Shown: positions 14,290 to 25,325 of the stretch, in pieces
Layout: every line of letters begins with the position of its first letter
Numbering within the stretch: the stretch's first letter is position 1
Origin: Hydrolagus affinis
Taxonomy: Eukaryota
Assembly (NCBI GenBank): GCA_012026655.1
Contig: JAAILG010000013.1
Location: 1-64,000, forward strand
DNA: 64,000 nt
Reading direction: 5' to 3'
Translations under genes and position numbers: made by a program
The notes under the pieces: generated by a model
The model's database searches: none
What the model saw: the letters and a program-made list of their open reading frames with translations, nothing else
What the model was told of the DNA's origin: nothing

Positions 14290-14400
14290 CAGTAAAAGCC
14301 CGTTTATCCGGCACCCGTGGGACCTGGCCAATGCCGGTTAAACTGCGTGCCGGATATTCGGGCGACCAGCTGCTGAAAACCCAACACAATTTAAAAAAAA
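14290..14400. mobile_element. Left end of the same MITE family, different internal sequence
   Basis: CAGTAAAAGCCCGTTTATCCGGCACCCGTGGGACCTGGCCAATGCCGGTTAAA matches the other copies for about 70 bp. No right TIR seen; end coordinate approximate. Confidence 0.8.
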
Positions 14401-16619
14401 CATAGCGTATTAATAATAGACTAAATAATAAACGAATATTGTATGGATACTTACTAATAAAGCAATACATATCGATCAGTACGCTTATGGTTCGTTGAAA
14501 GCCTGCCAACACTCTGTAGAGATTCAGACATTGAATTCAGAATTCAGACATTTGAACACCTTACTAGAATGTAATCTATGCCCAATTAACAAGATACATT
14601 CTAGTCTTCGGGGGAAAGCGGAGGGATGGGGTGGGGAATGGGGAAAGTGAACCTGTGGGTTAACGAGAACCTAGAAGTCCTTGTAGCTCATTGCGATCAT
14701 GCTCAGTGCAACTAAGCTTACAGCTGTCAAAACTAACTGTAAAAGAAACATGGGAAAGGAAACGGACAGGGAACTAAACTGTAATTTATTTAGTCTTGCA
14801 CAGCACTGCTGTAATCTTCTTTCCACCTCATTTTTCAGGCTCCTGCCAAGCCCAGGGCTTGGCTTTAATTCAGAATAATTGGATGCTGTGATGATCCTGG
14901 AATTAGAATTCTTTGAAAACAAGAACTTCAAAACAGCACAGAAATAGGTTACATTTTTAACTTGTCTGTTGTGCATTTACCCTGTACTGCCAAAGATTTA
15001 CTGGGGTGAAGGGGAAATTGTAGGGATGTTCTGTTGATTTAAGAAGTGAATTGGTTTTGGCTTGTTATCAGCAAAATGAAAAGCTCAGATCTATTTTCAT
15101 CTGCAGGTTTCAAAGTCTCTCCCACTGTGTCTTCCAACCATGTCACACCCATTCATTCAAATTTACATTCCTGGTCTCTCTCTCTTTTTAATGCAAATCT
15201 CTTGTGTTCAAGGAAGAAAAAGGTTAGCGAGCATTTGATCAGAGGATTGCGCATTATTAATAGAGTCAAACGATTCTCAGTGAGCCAGGGAAGGTTCACT
15301 CCCAAGAAGAGCTTTGAATTGTCTGCTATTTCCATTTAGGCAGATGAATGTTTTGAACTGCCGTTTGCGAAAAAAAAAGCCGTTCTTTATTTAAAAACAT
15401 TACATTGCACTTAGCTTCTGGACTTTTTTGCGAACAGTGTCAAAAGAGTGTTCTCAAGGATCCCGAGGCTGTTGGGAGCTTGGAATTCTGCCCTTTCTAA
15501 GACACAGGCAACAATGGGTTTCAAATTTGCAACTTGCACGGCTCAATGCTATATATGGAGTGTGGAGAAAAAATGGAAAACTAAATACATCCTGGTTAGA
15601 AACACAAGATTCAGGTTGGGGAAGCGTAGCTGAAAACCTGTCACTTCGACTTCCAATTGTTTAAATTGCCTGTGGGCACAGAGTGTTTATATGCCATAAA
15701 TGATTAGGTTAAAAACTCATTAACTCGTGGGCTTCATTTTGAAAGATAGGATTGCTAGCTTCTATATAGCATTGCCCATAGTTTCCTTTTTTTTGTTTGG
15801 GGGGATGGAAAGTAACGGAGGAAGAAATCAAACAGTGTTCAGGAAGAATTACTTCAACAATTTGCTGGGCAAAATTTCATAAACTTCTGGGGAAAGTACA
15901 GTAGATACTTGGGTAATAGGAAATGGCTGAATGCAACTGTCCTTTCGCAATCAACCTATAGGAGAAGAAAAGCCACCGCCGTCAAGTCAATTAATAGCTT
16001 GTCTATCTTAAGAGGTCCCTGCATCATTATAGTGGACATTTACCTCCCCCCCCACCCCCCACATCACATCCTTGCTCAAGCTTGTTTGTGTTTATAGTAC
16101 AGAATTAAAGTAAAAGGGTGGTGTGGGAGGAAGTAAATGTAAAGTCTTTCTGTCTCTTTCTATAGATGTGGATTGATCTTTGAAGTGGTGGGGACAGGGT
16201 AGCTTGTTCCAAGCAAGGTCACTGCAGTATTTCATTCAAGTGAACACACCGTACTCATGACCAATCTTATCTTGTCTTGTGAGGTGCATTATTTAAGTTG
16301 ATCATTTGTTGGCATTAATTTGCCTGATCATATTAATATGACAGCATTTCACTTGTTGGCTATCCAGAGCTTGTACGGTGGTTTGTCTGAGCCACAATTC
16401 TCTCTGTGTGTCTTGAGACAACGATTGCACTGTTGTCATTTTCATGGGAGGTGGAAAAAGCCTTATATTAATTGCTTGGCTCTGTTGGACATTGATGACT
16501 GATCACATGTCTCTTTGAACACTGTGCTAAAATAGACTTGCACATTTGGCTTTCATTTTTGGCAAGTCTTAGTTCGGTAGGAAATTAATTATAATGCAAA
16601 ACATTGGTATACTCTCGTC

Positions 16620-16720
16620 AACATAAGAAATGTTAGACGAAAGAAAAGACAAAGGTCCTTCTATTTCACCTTCCACCTTCCTGGCGGTTGCATTTGCGCA
16701 TATGTCCAGCACGACCTATC
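16620..16720 (-). mobile_element. Probable CR1-like 3' end
   Basis: ACATAAGAAATGTTAGACG..AAAGACAAAGGTCC resembles the reverse CR1 tail (TTCTTATGT). Confidence 0.45.
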
Positions 16721-18030
16721 CACTATATCCCATGATGTTATTTCCTAAAAGAATCACACTAAAGGTCAGTATCACACTGAAGTTGTGGATCTTAGTGTAA
16801 GATACTGTCCAGAAATGTTTTTGAACTTTATACTTGCACCCATTTATCATGCATCCTAATGGTGAAATGCCTTTTTAGGCCAGTTGTCAGGATTATGCAT
16901 CTAAACATCCTTTGAGTAATGTATGATGGGAATGTGAATACATTTCAGGCTCTCGTTTAAAATCCTTTCTCGTTTGTGTACTCAGAATATCTTTCCTCTA
17001 TCTCCCCCTCTCCTCCCCATCCTCTTTCCCAAGAGAAAAAACATTGCGATAGCATCCTTATACCATTGCATCCATACTATCTTATTAGCAAATAATGCTA
17101 GAAACAGATTGCCACTATGTACAAACCAAGTACAGTTGGTGGTATGCTCATTGTTATAGTGTTGAATTACAGTGTCTGGAGTGTTCATTCACTGTTTTTA
17201 TAATGACTATACAAATGATTACTCAGTTTAACTTGTCGAAATCATTTTTTTTTCACGCTTTCAAAATATTGCTTGTGTGTTTGTCATCCAAAAAAAAAAT
17301 CTGTCTTGAAGCGTTTCAAGTGTGGAATAACGTGACATTGATGGGTCATGATGCAGCCAAATAAGTCAAACAATCAAGGGGGAGCACATTTTCTGCTTTC
17401 TAAATCCCAAGCTGTGTTGTGAGTGAAATTGGGAATCCACAGTGAGGTAGGTAGGTAGGGCTTGTGTAATTGAAGCCAAAGATACTGTGTCGAGAATTCA
17501 GTTTCCCCTTTGAGTGGTTAGTAGGTTCCCTTCAAGTGTGATCTTGGAACAGATCATTGTGACTGATGCGGCTTGTATCAAAGCTCCTGGTAGACTTAAC
17601 GAAAATGCCCATCTAGTAGGCAAGTGAAATTCATGTACGACAATTGATGTATAAGGCTTTGCTGCCTGATAACTTGCTGCCGTTCCGTCTCTCTCACGTG
17701 CTGTGCAGCTAACCTTGTTGCCCTTTGGTCTCTCTCTGTGCTGTGAATTGGTACCATTTTAGGATTATGTTGATCAGGATGCAATCAGAAAGCATTTGTG
17801 TATCAAAGTTGCTCTAATATTGGCTTAGGTACAGCGCTCAAGGCCTGAGTTAATACTGTTGCAACATTTGCAGAGTCTGTAAAGCCCTATGTTGGCTTAT
17901 GGACTGATTCCCATTTTATTTCCTTCCTTTTATACATTTCTAAAATTGGCTGTGTGCTGTGACCTTCATTCAATTTAAAAAGCAGCTTCACCTCCAGTTT
18001 TAGGAAGATGCATTGCCAAGTGTTGGAACA

Positions 18031-18130
18031 NNNNNNNNNNNNNNNNNNNNNNNNNNNNNNNNNNNNNNNNNNNNNNNNNNNNNNNNNNNNNNNNNNNNNN
18101 NNNNNNNNNNNNNNNNNNNNNNNNNNNNNN
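18031..18130. other. Assembly gap (100 N)
   Basis: N-run. Confidence 1.
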
Positions 18131-19410
18131 ATTGCAGATGTTCTCGAAAGGGTGTTGTTTAAAAGCTGCAAATCGTTTAGTGCTCGTGGGATTAAAACAG
18201 CTGTATCTTTGCAAGTAAACAAATTTACTACAGTATTCTCTTCACCCACCCACACATCTTAACTGCCAAACAATTTGTGCCTAAATTCATTAGCAGTCAA
18301 CAACTTGCATTCACACCCCTCATGCACAGTAGTGTCTCAGAGCACTTAAAAGATGGATGGATCCAATTGTGTCAATAGATCATTTTAGCACAATAATAAT
18401 AATAATAATCTCTGCATTGATAATTGGATCCTTCCAACATTCACTGCTGAGAGTCTGATTAACAACTCTGGTAATAAACTCTTGCTGTTGGGGATGGTTA
18501 TCGGGGTTTTCAGGAGAAGGGTATGTATTTTTGAGTGGGGGAGGGTTGATGCTATGGTGGTTGAAAGGCAAGAATGTCACTTCTCATTTGGAAACAAATT
18601 GTCCAGTTGTGATATTTTTGCTGGAGGTAATTTGTAATGCCAACAGTCTCTGTGCTGGTTCCAGGCCCTAGATTGATAACAATCGGTATTTATTTATGCA
18701 GATACTCCCTATTAACTAATCATTCCGTAACCAAAATCTGTTTGGGGTCTCCAGTTACTGGAGAACTAATCTCATCAAAAGCTACCTTGTTAAACTAACC
18801 ACATTAGGCAGACAATTAACACCTAATTTAAAAAATCTTGGCAGTGTTGGACTTTAATTTTAAGATCATACGTCTGCAATGCTAAGTGCTTATTAAATCA
18901 AAAACTGAACAATTATTTAGTTGAAATAATTTCTATTCCGAATGCAGTAGTTGCTGCAATCAATATGATGCACTTACTGGCAAAACTACTGAATCTAGTA
19001 GTGAGTTATATAGTCTGCCTTTTTACTGCACCTCAGTGGATATCCAACTTAATAGCATTAATGAAACACATACCATTTACCGATCAGAAACGGGGAAGTG
19101 GAAACGTAATGGTTGCACCACGATTTCCATATCCACTTGTGTAATAAAGTTATTTGTGAGATGTTTTTGAGGCGCAGTGGGCTGGTAAGTGCCAGTACTT
19201 TCATTATAATCTTGGATATTATAATTTTTTTAAAAAAAATTGCAACTGTAACGGCCACCCCACCTTGAAATCTATTTTTAATATTTTTGGGGGTTGCTGG
19301 TTCTGTGAGCCTCTTCCCTCCTCCCATCTTCCCAACAAACCAGATAAAATATACCTAAATATACTGTCTTAAACCTATTTTTTTCTACTTATCAGTAATA
19401 TCTTGTATGA

Positions 19411-19899
19411 TATAATAATAATAATCTTTGCATTTGATATAGTGCCTTATCATGTCATTGAGAAGTCTCAAAGTGCTTCACAAACTGTACTGTCAACAAC
19501 AATAAAATTACATTTATACATTGCCTTTCACGTCAGGGGAGCATGCCAAGGCACTGTAAAGTGAATTGACTGTATATTTTGTGGGTGAATCATGGCAGCC
19601 AATTGCACACAGGAGTGTCCCATAAATAGTCGAGGGTTGAAGTGACCAATTTATTATTTTTTTAAACAAATTATCATCCCTAGAAAAGCGATCCGACAAT
19701 CGACTTAACAACTGGGTTCCTACTTACTGCTGGGTAAACAGGCATGTGGAGTAAGCACCTTGGGACGTCCTCCCGACTTGAAAGGCACTCTATAAATGTC
19801 ATTTTGTTGTTGTTGTAAGGAAACCCGCCCACGGTTTTGTCCTGCCGGGAATCGAACCCATGTCTCTTGCTTGCTCTAACCATTGAGCTACAGGACTCC
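19411..19899 (-). mobile_element. Full-length SINE family A with two nested 59-bp L2-tail insertions
   Basis: Tail ATAATAATAATCTTTGCATTTGATATAG at left, head ..GAGCTACAGGACTCC at right. Inserts at 19494-19552 (TSD ACTGT) and 19756-19814 (TSD GTAAG). Confidence 0.9.
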
Positions 19900-20089
19900 A
19901 TGAGTAAGAGGAACAAGTGTGTCATTTGGCAACGCAGCTTTGGAATCTGTGTACTGTGCACATTTCAATCATTCCTTAGTGCCACTCTCGAAAGATCAAA
20001 TTGATAAAGTGCCACAATTGGTAATTTCTTGCCAACGTTGTGTTTCCTCATTCTACTGTTCTGATGGGGGTGGGGGTGGAGGTGGGGGA

Positions 20090-20226
20090 TTGATCCTTGA
20101 AGGATATCTGGAATACGAAAGGTGCTGTACAAGTGTAATTTTGTTGTTGTTGTTGTTAAGTGCTCTGGGACGCTATCCTGCCTGAAGGGCACTATCTAGA
20201 TGCGTGTTGTTGTTGTTGTTGTTGTT
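20090..20226 (+). mobile_element. Two tandem L2-tail insertions
   Basis: Two consecutive stem-loop units, each ending in (TTG)n, near 20157 and 20226. Confidence 0.75.
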
Positions 20227-22097
20227 CACGGCCCAAGTAGCTACTCTCTAATTTTGACAGTGAATGTCAACGTGTTATCTCCTGATTTTAGTGAGGGTGG
20301 AGGGGAGGCTGGAGGAAAGAAGAAGAGGATGAGGAGAGACACATCACAGCTGAGACTGTTCCCAATTGCTACTTCGAACCAAAGATGGTAGAGCTACCAC
20401 CTTTGCTTCGAACAGGGGTGTGAGGAGGGGCGGGTGGGAGGGGCTCTGGATACTTATCAAAATCCTCCGCCCACCCACTCTTTCCTCCTCAAGCACCGAG
20501 GTTGTTGGCAGTCAACGTAAATGTAGCATTATAAAATTGTATTGTGGGCTCCCCATTTCCTAGCCTAATTACCTTTCCTTTTCACACCCCCCTCCATGTG
20601 GTTTGATGTGTAATGTTGTGTTGGTTTTCTATTGCTCTCTGCGGTGTGTTTTGTGTCCTGTTGTATTTTTTTTCTAGATTCCAAAAGTTATAATTGCATA
20701 AAATTGTTTGTGTGTGTGTGTGTTTTTGTTTCTTCTTCTGAGTGCAGGCTTGGTTGCTCTTGCCACTCCAGAAATATTAAAAGCCATGTGAGGGGTCACT
20801 CCAAAGCTAATCTAATTGTCAACACTCTTTCTACATGCAGATTTTTTTTTAATATAGAACGTGGTATTTAGAATAAGATCTGCTTGCTCAGCCGTTTGTT
20901 TGCTTGAGCTGAATAATGAGTTGATTATTTTGCTTCTGACAAAGGGAGTACGTTTTGAGTAGGTGAGGTAACTTTGAGCCCCAATTTCTCCCTTGGCACT
21001 AGTCCGTGGCACCCGGGTTGGAATGCCGTGTGTGTTTGCACTGTTGTGGAAATCGAATCTTGTCGAGCGCTTTGACTTATTCATTAATCGCTGCTTGTAG
21101 GCATTCCTCTGGTTTTAATTCGCTGTATTTTCTGCCCAACTTCAGAAAATTTCTCCCCAATGCCAAAAATGTCAGTGTCTAGTAATTAAAATCCCAGTAC
21201 ATCGCTGATTATGTAACCGATCGCCAAGGCCAAACATTATTGCCAGATAATCTGTGTGAAATGTGTTTTTCTTTTGCATGACATTCTGACAAGTCATTTC
21301 ACTGGAAGGATGGGAGTGTAGTTGGTTATCTTCACATGATATGATGCCCAGATTCTGGTAATGTGTAAATAATAGCTCTCTCTCTCTCTCTCACTCACAT
21401 CATGTCTCTCACAATGTACAGGTAATTATTGTTGAGCAGTGACTTTGTAGACAGATGCAGCAGCCATTTTGTCCTCAAATTCATGCTTAATTTACCTTGT
21501 GGATTGCTTAAACCAAGAGAAACTCCCTTCCCTTCTCCAATAGTGCTGCAGGATTTTTATTTATAAAATCTACTCGAATAGATGAGGCGAATTTTTGGTT
21601 TAATCTCCGATCTAATTCAAAGATCTCGAGGAAGCAGTGGCCACGAATTTGAAAGCTGCATTTCTGTTCCATTTAGAACCTGATCAAATTGAGAAAATAT
21701 ACCGGGCTGGCTGTAAGAATTTCTTTCTTTTTTTCTTTCTGGTCAGGTGGCAAGGCGTGTACTGTGCTATATATCTCTTCAGTGCAAAGCCAAAGGTGTT
21801 ATTTTGAAACTTAACAGTGCCTAGTCTTTTGTAACAGAGATAATTGTAGCGCGAATCGTGCTGTTTGGCATAGGATCAAATGCCACCTGCTGCATGGAGT
21901 ACATTGTGTGCAGTTGTGTTCCAGCAGCAGCGACACAAATGGTCTTCTCTGGTGTTAAGAGGCTGAGCTAAAGGAATGCATGAAAGCATCTGTTGTGTGT
22001 TCTATGGGGCTTGCAGATATCTTTATTTCCTCCACGCAGGATATGACTGTTCTTCAAATGACTGGGTTTGTTTTGCTCGGTGAAGATTACCTTAATA

Positions 22098-22309
22098 CAG
22101 TAAAAAGCCTGTTTATCCGGCACCCTCAGGACCTGGCTAATGCCTGTTTAAAGCGCCTGCTGGATATTCGGCCGAAAACACATAAATATTTTTTTTTAAC
22201 ATGCATTTTTCCGGATAAATTCCGGTTAATCGAATGCGGGCATTTTTTTGTGGTGCCGGTTTTACGGAAGTTATGGTTGATTGGGTCATGGATAAACGGA
22301 CTTTTACTG
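22098..22309. mobile_element. Complete Tc1/mariner (pogo/Tigger-like) MITE
   Basis: TA|CAGTAAAAAGCCTGTTTATCC ... GGATAAACGGACTTTTACTG|TA: terminal inverted repeats with TA duplication, 212 bp. Confidence 0.9.
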
Positions 22310-22699
22310 TACCATTGTATCCTTAATAACTGTTATTGCAGAAGGCTGGTGGAGGGTGGGTGGGGGTGGGGGGGCACCCGTTGAGCTGCGCTCTGGAGAG
22401 CAGAAAATGGCCTCTTCTAAAGTCTAATGGAGATTAATGGCACGTTTAGCTCTAACCTGCAGTGAGCTGATGATGGGGGAACCACTATTTTACAGTGCTA
22501 TGGCGGGACAGTTCTGGCTGGCTTGCGTTCTGATCGTGCATGACAATAAATAATCATGTTCGCGTGTAAAATTAAGGTGTTTTAAGTGACTTTAGTTGGT
22601 TGTTTTCCGTCCTGGCCCCTTTTACTTTGTCTCTGGGCTCCCAACACGCAAAGTGCTTCCGCCAAGTGTGAATGATCGTGTGCGCAAAGTGGCAACACC

Positions 22700-22831
22700 T
22701 CGACCTTGACCGAGCTTTTGGTCACCTTCCTGCCCCTGCCCCTGGCTTGGTCCCGGGATCCGCTACTGTGAAGCGCTCTGAGACGCCGTCCGGCGTGGAG
22801 GGCGCTATATAAATCGAAGTTGTTGTTGTTG
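22700..22831 (+). mobile_element. L2-clade LINE 3' end, second subfamily
   Basis: CTTGACCGAGCTTTTGGTCACCTTCCT encodes LDRAFGHLP, as in the 41650 element. Ends GTGAAGCGCTCTGAGACGCCGTCCGGCGTGGAGGGCGCTATATAAATCGAAG(TTG)n. Confidence 0.8.
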
Positions 22832-23464
22832 CCCACGGGGCGTACTCGCTATACGTGTCACCTCAACACCTGTATTTTATTTGCTCTTTTGTCCGGACCC
22901 CGTCACCTCTCGTATCAAACTGCAGTTTCACTTCAAAACAGTCAGAAACCGAATCCTCCCAATTCCAGTAAGTCTTGATTAAATTACTGGTGAGGTAGTA
23001 ATAATCCTGTGATTGGTTCTGATGGAAGTTATGAAATCCCTGGTGTAAGCAAAGCTTATTTGCTGCCCAATTAGGCAATTAGGTCATTGCAATGCCCGAT
23101 AGTTGCCACTGGGGGAAAGGATATTGAAACGACAATGGAATTTGGTTGATCGGTTTATTACAGCACCACCAAGTGGTCATATCGTGGGGAGGGGGTTGGG
23201 TGGTGGAGGCGGGGGGCGCGGAGAACTGCAGGTACAGTAGTTTAGGTTGACCGTCTGTGAGAGCATCACACTGATGTCCTTTGACGGAGGAGGTGGAGGG
23301 GGAGGGGAGAGAGAGAAAGAGAGAGAAAGAAAGGAGAGGAACAAAAACAAATAGTTTTATTTTGCATTTCAGCTTTTCATTTCCACAATGTCCGGTGCAA
23401 ATGTTTAAATCTTTCTTTCTTTTTTTCTCTCCTACTCCGTCTTCTTCAAATGTTGTGTTTTCAG

Positions 23465-25325
23465 CCGTCGAATCTCCCGCAAATAACCGAGAGAAGGAGG
23501 GGGGGGGGGGACGGGGACGGGACGGGACCCGTTTCGACGCCGGAAACTCAAGACCTCAGTAATGTGATGAGAATACAATACCAAGACGACCAGAGAACTC
23601 CGTCGGAAGAAGAGCTTATGCCTTGGTTCGCCGAGCGATCCGCCCATGAATTCGTGATGTCGAAATCCAACGACGGTGCCATGACGCAAACGCCCGCCGG
23701 CGGAGAGCGGGACGCGCCGGGCGCGACGTTTGCCGATCTCCCCGCCGGGCCGAGCGCCGCCGAGCACCGCTGCGCCGTTTGCGGCGAGTGCTTCCCCTGC
23801 GGCCGGGGTCTGGCGCAGCACATGCGCATGCACGCCCGGGGCAAGCCGCGCAAATGCCCCTTCTGCGACTACAGGTCCTCTCAGAAGGGGAACCTGAAGA
23901 TGCACGTACGGAAGCACAAGCTGGCCGACTTCCAACCGGAGAGGGACGCGGGCAGGCGCCCGCCGGACCCCGGCTCGTCCGCAGACGCCGGAGCCAGCCA
24001 GGCCGCCGCCGTCGCCCTCAATGGCGTTGGCGTCACGCAGAAGGGGTTCCAGGGCGAGGGCTTTGTGCCGGACCAAGGCCGCGGGCTTCTGCCCTGTATG
24101 TTTTGTCACAAAAGCTTCCGGCAGCCGGGCGAGCTTCATCACCACGTGCTGGTCCAGCACCGGCCCACGCTGTGCGAGCCGGCCGTCCTGCGGGTCGAGG
24201 AGGGTCTCCTGGGTCCCGGCGAGGATGGCTCGGCCGTCGGCTCGCCAGAGCGGGAGGAGAACAACGGCGAGGACAAGGACGGGGAGCTCAGCTGCAAAGT
24301 CTGTGGCCAGGCCTGCGAGAGCTCCCCGGGCCTGGAGACCCACCTGCGCAAACACAAGGACTCGTTCACCTACGGCTGCAGCGCGTGCGGCCGGCGCTTC
24401 AAGGAGCCCTGGTTCCTGAAGAACCACATGCGGACGCACTCGGCCAGGGCCAGAGGCAGGTCGCAGCAGGACGCCGAGGGCCCCGCCACCATCAACGACG
24501 TGGTGCAGGAGCCGGCCCCCGCCAACGGCGCCTCGCCGTACAAAATGTGCATGGTCTGCGGCTTCCTCTTCCCCACCAAGGAGAGCCTGAAGGAGCACGT
24601 CAAGGTTCACAACAAGGAGGCGGAGGAGGAGGAGGACGACACCCCGCGCGGGGACGAGGCCGCGGTGTCGCAGTGGGCGTTCCTGCAGATCCTGAACCTG
24701 AACCCCCTCGCCTCGCAACGCGGCAGCCGGCCGGCCAAGCTGGGCAAGTGGATCGCCGAGCTGGACCCGTTCAACACCTACCAAGCCTGGCAGCTGGCCA
24801 CCAAGGGCAAAGTGGCCGTCGGCCGAGAGAACGTGAAGGATCCGGTGCAGGTGGCAAACTCCGAGAACGAGGAGGAGTCGTCCGACAAGGAGGATCAGCC
24901 CGGCGACCACTGGGTCATGGAGAAGGGCAGCCACGTGGCTGAGAACCTGGAAAAGCCCAAGTCCGTGAAAAGCAGCGGTTTAGGCGGGGGGATGGCGAAC
25001 GGAGGACCGTCTGCCTGCGTATCCGACGCGGACGTCGAGCAGAAACTCTCTCAGAGTAAACCCAAGCCAACAAACTGTGCCACATGCGGGAGGATATTCC
25101 GAACCTACCACCAGTTGGTGCTGCACTCCCGGGTGCACAGGAAAGGCAGGAAGAGCGTTGAGGGTCCCCCGACTCCGATTGAGGGCGGCACAGGATTAAA
25201 CGGTGAAACTCAACCCTCGGACCCTATCACTGCAACCGAAGAGCGCAGTCCGGGGGCCGACAAGCCCGAAGAGGGTTCCGAAGAAGGCTCAGAAGATGGA
25301 GTACTGGGAGAATCGCTTTGTTCAG
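23465..25325 (+). CDS. znf217: Zinc finger protein 217, large first coding exon (7 C2H2 fingers)
   Basis: ORF 23450-25393 trimmed to acceptor tgttttcAG|CCG (23464/5) and donor TCAG|GTAGG (25325/6, phase 1). ZNF217 signatures: CMFC..HVLVQHRPTLCEPAVLRVE, CGRRFKEPWFLKNHMRTH, YKMCMVCGFLF, LDPFNTYQAWQLATKGKVA, KPTNCATCGRIFRTYHQLVLHSRVH, EEGSEEGSEDG. Start uncertain: in-exon ATGs at 23567 and 23618, or the upstream exon. Confidence 0.95.
23640..24960. other. CpG/GC-rich segment inside the znf217 exon
   Basis: Third codon positions almost all G/C and CpG abundant, against AT-rich flanks (visual estimate). Confidence 0.75.

Noticed and set aside
706-23078. Numerous 60-150 aa ORFs in the first intron region (and in 35000-64000)
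   Set aside because: No domains or codon bias; many run through repeats, microsatellites or N gaps.
23450-23464. ORF-track start MLCFQ
   Set aside because: Lies within the polypyrimidine tract and acceptor (tgttttcag), so it is probably intronic.
23432-24934. 500-aa antisense ORF
   Set aside because: Shadow of the GC3-rich znf217 exon; it ends where GC3 falls and has no recognisable domain.
23779-24942. 387-aa alternative-frame ORF and smaller overlapping ORFs
   Set aside because: Ala/Gly/Arg/Pro-rich product expected from stop-codon scarcity in GC-rich coding DNA.
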